Origin: Candidatus Poribacteria bacterium
Lineage (GTDB): Bacteria; Poribacteria; WGA-4E; PCPOR2b
Length of the DNA stretch: 64,000 bases
Assembly: GCA_965208325.1 (NCBI GenBank)
Contig: OZ242326.1
Location: forward strand, 1,152,001 to 1,216,000
Direction of reading: 5' to 3'
A program made the position numbers and the translations under genes. Positions 48,801-57,222 of this stretch are shown in pieces (within the stretch, counting starts at the first letter, position 1; each line of letters begins with the position of its first letter). The notes under the pieces are model-generated. The model made no database searches and was not told the DNA's origin. It saw only the letters and a list, made by a program, of their open reading frames with translations.

Positions 48801-49472
48801 ATGCGTACCAAATATTTCTCTTTCCATTTGCCCATGCTCATGTTCATGGCTTGGCTCTTGTCAGCGTGTGCGGCTAAAGTCATGGATAATTCTCAACTCC
48901 AGTACATCGCTCCCGAATTTACAGACAATTCCCTGCCTGAACATGGTCTGAGCCTACTTCCCATCGTCGCTGGCCATGGGCAAGAGGGGTTGCGTCGACC
49001 CCTAGGGGCAAAACTTGATTCCAATCTGACAAATCAGTTGCCTGAAGGAAAATTCATCGCGACAATTCCAACGCTTGACTTGATTAATGAAGCGAATCTG
49101 ACGGAAGCCTACGCGCAGATGATTGATGATTATGCCCGCGCTGCAATTCTCAACAAGAAAACACTTCGCCAGATTGGCGAGGCGACTGGAATCCGTTACC
49201 TCTTGCACGTGAAACTATTGGATCAATCCCATACGGAAACCGTCGGTCCCGCTCTCTTATCCGACGAAATTATCAACGTGCAAATTAGGAACGTCAGTAT
49301 ATTCGGACAAGTGTGGGACTGCGATTTAGGTGATATTGTGTGGGAGGGTACGGGAGAGGCTATGGTGCGAACTGAGGTGGAAGTTCAGTATCTAAAGCAT
49401 TCCATCGAGGACTTGGTCAACATAGCGGCGCGTTCATTTCTAAACAATTTGCCCGGAATCAAAATTTCATAA
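48801..49472 (+). CDS. Hypothetical lipoprotein
   Basis: GGAGG RBS, lipobox LLSAC, and LSLLP...IGEATGIRYLL...VWD...IVWEG pattern. Confidence 0.7.
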   Translation: MRTKYFSFHLPMLMFMAWLLSACAAKVMDNSQLQYIAPEFTDNSLPEHGLSLLPIVAGHGQEGLRRPLGAKLDSNLTNQLPEGKFIATIPTLDLINEANLTEAYAQMIDDYARAAILNKKTLRQIGEATGIRYLLHVKLLDQSHTETVGPALLSDEIINVQIRNVSIFGQVWDCDLGDIVWEGTGEAMVRTEVEVQYLKHSIEDLVNIAARSFLNNLPGIKIS

Positions 49473-49809
49473 CCCAAAACAATGCGAGTTTGACTAGGCA
49501 GGGCACTATCGTAGGCTTCTGAATTTTCATTTCCTCCCCGTAAACAGACATTTCGGGTTTGCCGTGTGTGGCCAACCCGAATTCACATCACACGATTTCG
49601 GTCCCATTCGCGCCCAGCTAGGCGGCTTTGTACGCCTTGTGTTGGTTACACTTGCTCACTCGCCTCCTTGACCTTCATCGCTGTTTCAAAAATTGGATTT
49701 TTGTCTGCTGGATATAGTTCGTCCAAATTCTTTATCTGTATCACTGAACTGGCCAATTAATATCTGTAGGAACACATCTTGCCAGCTATTGGCGGCTTTT
49801 TGGTTGGAC

Positions 49810-51573
49810 TTATTGAACGATGGGCAGCCAAGAACGGGACCAAGTGCCGTGGGCGCCAGCAGTAGCGTAGTCGGTCAGGTGAATCTCCGTCCCGTCCATA
49901 GCCATCGTCTTGAATAAGGTCAACGGTTGAAACCGGTCGTTGCATGCCGCAGGGCTTAACTCTAGTTTGCCAAAATCCAACGTCGGCATATCATCCGGTT
50001 CAATGGTGTTGTGCTTTTGGTCAAATGCCAATAATAGGGGACCTCTGTAAAGGGATGCGTTATGATTGACATATGCATCGCCCCGAAGCAGTCGCAGGTT
50101 AAAGTCTAACTCCACATCAATGCAATCCTTAGTTTTCCATATCCTGTCTAGTTTGAGGTAAACCCCCGGTCGGACATCGCCGACGGGGTTGCCGTTCAAA
50201 GATACTTTCGTTTTCATTGACCAAGCAGGTATTCGCAGGTAAATGGGAATCTCTAGCGGGCTGTCTGGTTCCACTTCTATGCGAACCGTCGGCTCAGCCG
50301 GATATCTCGTCTGTTGCCTAAATACCCATTTCGAAGTCGTGTTTAAATTCACCTCAATCGTGCCCGGGCCAAAATAGTTCACATATAAGCCCTGCTGGTC
50401 GTCTCCCAAAATCGCCCATTCGGAAAGCATACCTAAACTCCGGGGACCGTTTACTGCACAGCAATTTAACTCCGGTGAACCGCAGGCCGAATGGACATCT
50501 GCCAAATGATGGAATGCGGCGAGCCGCTTGCCATCCATCGGAGTGTCGTACGTCCACCATCGGCCGCTGGGATGCTGGGAGCCGAGCATAGCGTTCCATG
50601 TGGCGTTTTCGATGGCGTCGGCGATTTTGCAGTCCGGACTGAATCGCAGCGCGTCAATACTGTACGCAATCCAAGCAACTGTGCAACAAGTTTCAATCGC
50701 GCCCGGCATAAATGGATTGCCGGCCGCCTGCTCGCCCACAGAAAAACTGCCGGCGTTGTGAACATCAGTCTTGAGGATACTGTGCCAATAGTGTACTTGT
50801 GCCTGCTTGTAGGTCTCATCACCGGTAATCCGGTAGAGCTCGCTCAATCCCTGCAGCGCATGAAGAATTTCCCAGCGGTGGGAACCGGTTTGGTAAAAGT
50901 CTACACCCTCTATCGCCTGATGGTAGTATCCACGCCCGCCCAGCTTTTCCCAGAAAGTCTGAATATGTTGTATGCCTTGGAGGTAGAGATCGGTACCAGT
51001 TTCTTGGTAGAGAATCCCCAAGGCGTGAATAATCGACGTGTTAATTTCCGGTCCCGGCGTATCATGAAATCCCTTTTCCCCGGTTAGTAACCCATGGCAG
51101 ATTAAGTCCGCTGCGCGCAGGGCGCAATCCAATGCGGCTTGGTCGCCAGTTTCTCGGTGCCACATATAAAGACCCAATATGCAATGATAATGCGCCCAGA
51201 TATCCCAATGCGCAAAAAGCCGCTCATGTTTGTAGTAGACCCCCAAGTATCCGTCCTCGTCTTGCGTGGAGATAAAATCTTCGACGAGTTCGCCGATAAA
51301 GGGACGCAGCTTTGGATCGTCCGTCATGCGCATCGCCTGCACGGCGGAAATCAAATACTTCCCCCACAAAGACCCCGAGTCAATGGTGACTTTCGGTTTT
51401 GGCGCACGGTCCCGCATGCGAAACATCTCCAGAAGACCGGGGTTCACTTTCGGGCAGGGATACAGCCAATTGTCCAGATTGGCTTGAATTCGCTGCCCCA
51501 TTTCACCTTCCAAGCGCAAAAACAACTGCCGTTGATTCAATTCGGAAATTTGAGGGTTCTCGGTCATATTCAT
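49810..51573 (-). CDS. GH127/GH146 family (beta-L-arabinofuranosidase-like, DUF1680) glycoside hydrolase
   Basis: LWGKYLISA, QDEDGYLG, WDIW, ETCCTVAW, NCCAVNG, TRYP, LRIPAWS and YRGPLLLA. Confidence 0.88.
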   Translation of the reverse strand: MNMTENPQISELNQRQLFLRLEGEMGQRIQANLDNWLYPCPKVNPGLLEMFRMRDRAPKPKVTIDSGSLWGKYLISAVQAMRMTDDPKLRPFIGELVEDFISTQDEDGYLGVYYKHERLFAHWDIWAHYHCILGLYMWHRETGDQAALDCALRAADLICHGLLTGEKGFHDTPGPEINTSIIHALGILYQETGTDLYLQGIQHIQTFWEKLGGRGYYHQAIEGVDFYQTGSHRWEILHALQGLSELYRITGDETYKQAQVHYWHSILKTDVHNAGSFSVGEQAAGNPFMPGAIETCCTVAWIAYSIDALRFSPDCKIADAIENATWNAMLGSQHPSGRWWTYDTPMDGKRLAAFHHLADVHSACGSPELNCCAVNGPRSLGMLSEWAILGDDQQGLYVNYFGPGTIEVNLNTTSKWVFRQQTRYPAEPTVRIEVEPDSPLEIPIYLRIPAWSMKTKVSLNGNPVGDVRPGVYLKLDRIWKTKDCIDVELDFNLRLLRGDAYVNHNASLYRGPLLLAFDQKHNTIEPDDMPTLDFGKLELSPAACNDRFQPLTLFKTMAMDGTEIHLTDYATAGAHGTWSRSWLPIVQ

Positions 51574-51594
51574 CGGGTTTCCTTTGAGTCGTCC

Positions 51595-52079
51595 TTATTC
51601 TTTTGATTTTGGTTCCTCATTCGCAATTACCGGGTAACAGGTGACCCGCTCATCCTGATTTTCATAGTTAAGTTTAATCCAGAATACGGAGCCGCAAAGT
51701 TCACCGGTACATGGGCTTTCCCAGTCGATAAAATATGATTTCGGCGGATAATCCCTCTTGATGTTTTCACCCCAAGAGATGGCTATGCTGCCGCCGACGT
51801 GCTCCCATCTGTTGTGAATCAGATTCCAAGCATTGGACACATCCGTCAACTATTTTTCTATGCCAGTGGCTCTATTCACATCCAAATATGCTTCAATCGC
51901 CGTAACTTCATAGCAGTGCGCGTCGCGGCGCTTATAACTGCTCTATCGTCATTTACGATTATCTGATCCAACCACCAATCTTCTTAGTAATACTGTTGAA
52001 CCACCTCAAGATCGCGCTTGCGGCCAATCAATGTAAAATACATCCTCGTATTGGGTATCGTCCCTTGGTAACCGACAGA
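51595..52079 (-). pseudogene. Degraded fragment of a second GH127-like glycoside hydrolase
   Basis: SVGYQGTIPNTRMYFTLIGRKRDLEVVQQYY*EDWWLDQI (TAA 51984-51986), a frameshift, then HCYEVTAIEAYLDVNRATGIEK*LTDVSNAWNLI...GGSIAI...TGELCGSVFWIKLN (TAG 51850-51852). Confidence 0.6.
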
Positions 52080-52691
52080 CCTGGCGGCGCACACGCCGAC
52101 GTGAGACGCGCTTGGCCAAAACAACTAGCATGATTTCAGAATTCGTCATGTGGAAAGGGATTGATGCTTAAATTCTCTAGAGAGGCTAAAATTGCGGCTA
52201 GTGGATGGGGCGTGCCTGTCAGCGAGTAAATGAAATTCAGACAAAACTGTGGGGCATTTCGTGTCGGAGGATTTCCGGCTGCAATCGATAGTCCAAGGCC
52301 TTGATGAAAGCGTCGAGACCTTGGCACAATGAATGTTCAAATTAGCTGCCGCCCCACTTTCATATCCTGCTGTATAGTAATACCTGGATTAGGGCAAATC
52401 GGTTCGCGCCGCCCAACTATAAAAGCAGTTGCCCTACGTTACATGCTGAAAGGCATCTTTCCAAAATTTTTCCGCGGTCCGATGCCGCTTCGGTTTTGTC
52501 TGCGGCATCGACTTAATCGGAAGAGATGTCCAATCTGACTTACGCGGAAACCCGTGTTATTCTAGCAATACGCTAAATGCTTGTAGACTGCCGCGCGTGA
52601 CAATCAACAGTTCGACAAGAAACCAAAGTGAAGAGCGTCCGGTTCGTTGTCGATTTACCCCACTCCAATCGACAAAACTAACGTTTTTGGC

Positions 52692-53546
52692 TTAACGGGT
52701 CACTTTGAGCGCACCCCAAAATGTTGCAAGTTTACTTGTAGGTTCAACAACAGCAAGCATATCGCTAATCGGATGGTCCATTAACTCTTCGATTTCTGGT
52801 ACATCCAGCTCCTTGCTGAAGATAGCCATTTCGTCCATCGTGCCGTTGAAAAACTCAAACATCAACGGCTCGTTCCCACCGCAACACTCGTGTACATTCC
52901 CTAACGCCCCAAAGACGATGGGCCAGTCGATTCCGGAGATGTCCTTATCGCCGGAGATATCCCTTTCCCCATCCAATTTGGCGTCCACATAAATTTTGGC
53001 TTCAAGCGTATCCAAATTAAATACATGAACAACGTGATGCCATTTGTTGTCAGCTACGTTAGTCGCAGATTGAAGTGCCCAGCCGGGAGCAACATTGTCT
53101 ACAGCTTCAGAAAAAGGTCTTCCGCCAACAATCGCAGCATGCCACCCTTGTGTCCAACCGCTTGATCCCTTCTCAATCGTCCGGCCTTTCCCCGATCTCA
53201 TGGTCGTTTTAACCCAGTAAACAACGCTCAAAGCCGTGCCAGGCTTGCCGAGCGCGTCATGTTTGTCATTCGTGCCGACAAGCACAAACCATTTCTTGCC
53301 TGCATTGAATTCCAAGCCCATACCAAATTTGCCTTCCACCCAAGCGTCATCGTGAGGTTTCCCGTCCCATTCGGGCCCAACGCTTAGGGTACCGTGTAAA
53401 CGGCCCGCCAGATCCGCGACTCTACTCCCGCGCCCTTCATCAGCCGGCCAATATCCTACGACATCTCCGCTTTCAAACGCAAAGGCGGGGAATGCCAAGA
53501 AAAAAGCAGCCAATCCGAGCAGCCATAAATGTAGCTTGGTGTACAT
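52692..53546 (-). CDS. Secreted LamG/concanavalin A-like domain protein
   Basis: Signal peptide AFPAFA; GYWPADEG, WVEGKFG, WHHVV, KIYVD and FNGTMDEMAIFS; C-terminal VEPTSKLATFWGALK. Confidence 0.88.
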   Translation of the reverse strand: MYTKLHLWLLGLAAFFLAFPAFAFESGDVVGYWPADEGRGSRVADLAGRLHGTLSVGPEWDGKPHDDAWVEGKFGMGLEFNAGKKWFVLVGTNDKHDALGKPGTALSVVYWVKTTMRSGKGRTIEKGSSGWTQGWHAAIVGGRPFSEAVDNVAPGWALQSATNVADNKWHHVVHVFNLDTLEAKIYVDAKLDGERDISGDKDISGIDWPIVFGALGNVHECCGGNEPLMFEFFNGTMDEMAIFSKELDVPEIEELMDHPISDMLAVVEPTSKLATFWGALKVTR

Positions 53547-54016
53547 GTCATTTCCTCCCGAAATTGGGTTAGTCTTTCAGTTTTGCAATAGTAAAATCCT
53601 CGGCAGCCCGATACTATAATCTCAAGAATTCGGACGCTAATGTGTCGCGCGCCAAGGCGCCAAGACATTGTTGACTCCAAAAGGTACATATTACATGGGC
53701 ATTTCAAAGCCCAAGTTGGATAGTATCCACGCGTCATCGTATCACTAGTTGGGGTGCGGTGTCAAACCATTTCAATCCCTTCATTTCTCCTCATCAACAT
53801 TCCAGCATTTCAGAGGAGCGAGGATTTTGGTTTCTCGTACAAAACTTGGCTCCTGCGCCGAATATCGGAATTTAGGCGGACTTTGGAAAATCGCGGGGTT
53901 AAACGATTCCGATGGAACTGCACGTCGTTATTCAAACGCCGCCCGGTCAGTCCGGCAATTAAGGAATATAGTCAGATTGAAAGTTCAGTCAACACCATCA
54001 ATTTGATCCAAATTCT

Positions 54017-54760
54017 TCATGATGCTGTTTTAATCTCTCCCCATATCGTTGTAAGATTGCTACCAGGTTGGATCTGTAGTGCATCTTTCAAAAATAGTAT
54101 CTCGTCAGCAATCTGAAGGTCATCGAAGTACACATCTGCACCGGGGCTTTCCCATTTGCCAACCTGCCGAAAATAATGCCCTCCGCCCTCCATCTTGTCG
54201 CCTAATGCACCGCCGCGGTTCTTGATAAAGGACGTGTCCTCGAAAACGATTACCGGTTCTTCTCCTTCGGCTTCAACGTAACAGTCAAAAGTCTGGTTCT
54301 TCAAGTTAATCTCCGTTTTTAACCGGTACCATGTGCGGGGTTCCAAGTTTACGGGCTTCGCAGGCTGAGGAAATCCGTTAATCGCATAAACCATCAGATT
54401 GTCTGCGCGGATTCCGATATGCGGGCCGACCCATCCCCACACATCGTTTGTCCAAACATGAATGTGGTGTAGATGAGGATCACCACGCAGGGTGCCATCG
54501 ACGTAAAACCAGATAGCATCATCGATTCGGTCCTTTTTTGGCAGGTCCAGTGGCACCCGTGCACTAGGAACCCCAACGCCTTTCCCAGTGCTCAATATGC
54601 TGTGGTTTCCACTATGGGCTTTTTTATCGGAAATCGCCATACCCTGAAATGCCCAGTCGGCTGCGCCGTCTTCAAAACCCTGCTCATAAAATACCTCAAC
54701 GCCGCTAAGTGTCGCGGGAATTATCATTCCAAACGTCAACAACAGCACGATTCTCTTCAT
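54017..54760 (-). CDS. Secreted hypothetical beta-sandwich protein
   Basis: AAGGAGG RBS and signal peptide; FEDG, TWYRLK and VYFDDLQI; C-terminal IQPGSNLTTIWGEIK. Confidence 0.75.
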   Translation of the reverse strand: MKRIVLLLTFGMIIPATLSGVEVFYEQGFEDGAADWAFQGMAISDKKAHSGNHSILSTGKGVGVPSARVPLDLPKKDRIDDAIWFYVDGTLRGDPHLHHIHVWTNDVWGWVGPHIGIRADNLMVYAINGFPQPAKPVNLEPRTWYRLKTEINLKNQTFDCYVEAEGEEPVIVFEDTSFIKNRGGALGDKMEGGGHYFRQVGKWESPGADVYFDDLQIADEILFLKDALQIQPGSNLTTIWGEIKTAS

Positions 54761-54924
54761 CGAAGTTTCCTCCTTCATGGAATGTGCGGAAATTCTGAAA
54801 CTAGCAGTATTTTACCACAAACAAAACCTTGTTATTTGCAACATCATATATTCTCCCGTTTTCTACGGTTACCACGTACCGGTGCGCTCTTTATGCGATG
54901 TGTCTTGCAATCGTGTCTGCCGGC

Positions 54925-56088
54925 TTAATCGTCAATTGTCAGTGTTTCCATGTTTTCCAATGCCTGTTCTAAGAGAGCGTCAGTTTCTAGATTTAGCTCT
55001 GCTTCCCTCACCGACTCAATTGAAGCGTTGGTAGCGGGATGATCGGGGACGAATAGGGAGCAGCAATCGTCGTGCGGCAGCGTAGATATTTCAAACGTCT
55101 CGATCCGCTGAGCGAGTCGGATAATCTCCTCCTTGTCATCGCCGATGAGTGGACGTAGGATCGGTATCTCAACTGCATCTTCGATGGCTCTGAGATTCCC
55201 AAGTGTTTGGGAAGCGACTTGTCCAAGGCTCTCCCCCGTGACTAAGGCATCCGCTTTAACAACCTTTGCAATCTGCTGCGCAATTCGAGCCATGAAGCGC
55301 CGGTAAAGAATCACCCGAAACGGCGCTGGTGTTTTAGTCACAATTTCGCGCTGAATGTCCGCAAATGGCACCAGATAAACAAGTGTGCGATAGTTCCAAA
55401 TCGCCAAAAGCTGAGCCAGCGCTTTTACCTTTTCGAGTGAGGCTTTGTCCGTATACGGATAACTGTAAAAGTGAATGTGGCTGACTTTCGCGCCGCGTCT
55501 CATCATTCGCCATGCCGCAATAGGCGAATCAATTCCCCCCGAGAGCATCACAAGCACTTTTCCGCTAACGCCAACTGGCAGCCCGCCGATTCCCTGAATT
55601 TTCTCGGCACGGATATACGCGGCTTTTTCAACTACCTCAATTTGACACAATAATTCCGGATCGCGCATGTTCGCACGTGCGCCGGTATGTTCTATCAGGT
55701 AACCCCCCACCGCAGCACTAATTTCCGGTGAAGTCATCGGAAAATCCTTGTTCGCACGCTTGGTTTCAACCTTAAGCGTCTTAAACACCTTGTCCCGTAT
55801 CCACTCGAGCGCAGTAGTCTGGATTGCCTCAATGTTCTGTTCGGTGACACAAGCAAGCGCGTAATGGGCAATCCCCATTACTTTTCCCAACTTTTCCCGT
55901 ATCGCCGTAACGTCACATTCTGGTTGGATTGGGACCAGTATCCGCCCGTATATGCGTTTTACGTCTGCGCATCCCGAACCTTTTAGTGAACGCCTGATGT
56001 TTTGAACCAGCTTATTTTCAAAGAAAGACCTGTTCTTCCCCTTTAGTCCGACTTCTCCGTAGTGAACCAGAAACACCCTATCCATCAT
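54925..56088 (-). CDS. thiI: tRNA 4-thiouridine(8) synthase ThiI (no rhodanese domain)
   Basis: HYGEVGLKGKNR, THUMP domain, GGLPVG, PP-loop SGGIDS, TGESLGQVASQT and DDCC. Confidence 0.95.
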   Translation of the reverse strand: MMDRVFLVHYGEVGLKGKNRSFFENKLVQNIRRSLKGSGCADVKRIYGRILVPIQPECDVTAIREKLGKVMGIAHYALACVTEQNIEAIQTTALEWIRDKVFKTLKVETKRANKDFPMTSPEISAAVGGYLIEHTGARANMRDPELLCQIEVVEKAAYIRAEKIQGIGGLPVGVSGKVLVMLSGGIDSPIAAWRMMRRGAKVSHIHFYSYPYTDKASLEKVKALAQLLAIWNYRTLVYLVPFADIQREIVTKTPAPFRVILYRRFMARIAQQIAKVVKADALVTGESLGQVASQTLGNLRAIEDAVEIPILRPLIGDDKEEIIRLAQRIETFEISTLPHDDCCSLFVPDHPATNASIESVREAELNLETDALLEQALENMETLTIDD

Positions 56089-56114
56089 GTATACCCTTCA
56101 TTTCCCGTCCCGCC

Positions 56115-56170
56115 GTAGGCAGGGCTCCTTACGCCACTACACACACCGTACGCGGGGCATCTCGCCGCGC
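56115..56170 (+). repeat. Pair of GTAG-type REP-like palindromes between rtcA and thiI
   Basis: gtaggcagggctccttacgccac (56115-56137) and gtacgcggggcatctcgccgcgc (56148-56170). Confidence 0.6.
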
Positions 56171-56175
56171 TACTC

Positions 56176-57222
56176 TCAAAGTGGGCGCGTCATAACCGTC
56201 CCCCGCTCTCCCTCCGCACCCTCGACTTCAAATCGATCGGGCAAAAACTGCTGAACCAACCAAATATTCGTCGTGAGATGTCGCGATATTTGCGAAGTGG
56301 TAAAACAACTTTCCCCGTCGGAAAGCGCCATGGGTAAAATGAGTTGATCGGAAAGGTGCGGGTCAATCGCTGCCCCCGATTCCAAGAAATCAATCAGAGC
56401 TAGACAGGCCTCATCGGCAACCTGTTCGGCAGGTTTGCCGCGTTTCCCCAGTGCCGAAAATCCCGCTTGCGCACGCTCAAATTCCGCAATTAGTAAAACA
56501 AGCGTTCCCTTTCCAACAGATTTTGTCTCTACCATTTCGATAGAAATGCGCGGGGCGAATGGCGCTAAGCGCGCCATACACTGATCCTGCTGGCGGATCG
56601 CAACGTGCCTGGGCAAATTAGAAACGGCGGAAATGCCCCGAATCAATTTCAATGCGCCCCGCTCACTCAAGTTTACGCCGCACCAGTTGGAAACCGGTTG
56701 AATACTCGCAGTTGCTTCTCCACCCCCGTTTGGATACCAGCCCCACCGTTTCAACTTCAATGAGCCTTGAAATCCAAACCTCGCCAGCGTAGGGATGAAA
56801 ATCGTCTGAAGGTAATGCGTGTTTGGGCTGTAAGGTACATGCGTCCCACCCCGCAGCGTCACGGTTGACGGTGCATCAGCGTATGTAAGCGGGAGGGCAA
56901 TGGACTGAAAGACCAGCGATAGTGCCCCGGCGCTTGGACGGACATCAGCCACGTCAAAGCTGTAGTTACCGGCGCGAATCCGCTGCGGAACAAAGGTTAA
57001 TGTTTGCGAACCAAGCGTATCGCCAGCCACTTCCGCGTTTGTAATCGCCGTCACCGCATTAACCGTGGTGAGATGTTGTGCCGCCAGGCCCGGTTTTTTG
57101 CGTCTCGAACGGATTTTCGTCAAACGGATGGGCTGTCCGAGAATCGCCGACAAACTTAAGCTCGATCGCAAAATCTGTCCGCCACCCTCGCCGTAATCGC
57201 CATCAATTTCTAGAAATCTCAT
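56176..57222 (-). CDS. rtcA: RNA 3'-terminal phosphate cyclase
   Basis: IDGDYGEGGGQILR, PGLAAQH, GGTHV, GWYPNGGG, DPHLSDQL and HLTTN. Confidence 0.95.
   Translation of the reverse strand: MRFLEIDGDYGEGGGQILRSSLSLSAILGQPIRLTKIRSRRKKPGLAAQHLTTVNAVTAITNAEVAGDTLGSQTLTFVPQRIRAGNYSFDVADVRPSAGALSLVFQSIALPLTYADAPSTVTLRGGTHVPYSPNTHYLQTIFIPTLARFGFQGSLKLKRWGWYPNGGGEATASIQPVSNWCGVNLSERGALKLIRGISAVSNLPRHVAIRQQDQCMARLAPFAPRISIEMVETKSVGKGTLVLLIAEFERAQAGFSALGKRGKPAEQVADEACLALIDFLESGAAIDPHLSDQLILPMALSDGESCFTTSQISRHLTTNIWLVQQFLPDRFEVEGAEGERGTVMTRPL

Noticed and set aside
52140..52690. Short ORFs and a 9-bp hairpin (52480-52510) downstream of the LamG gene
   Set aside because: No recognisable protein motif or RNA family. 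This is probably decayed sequence or a terminator.
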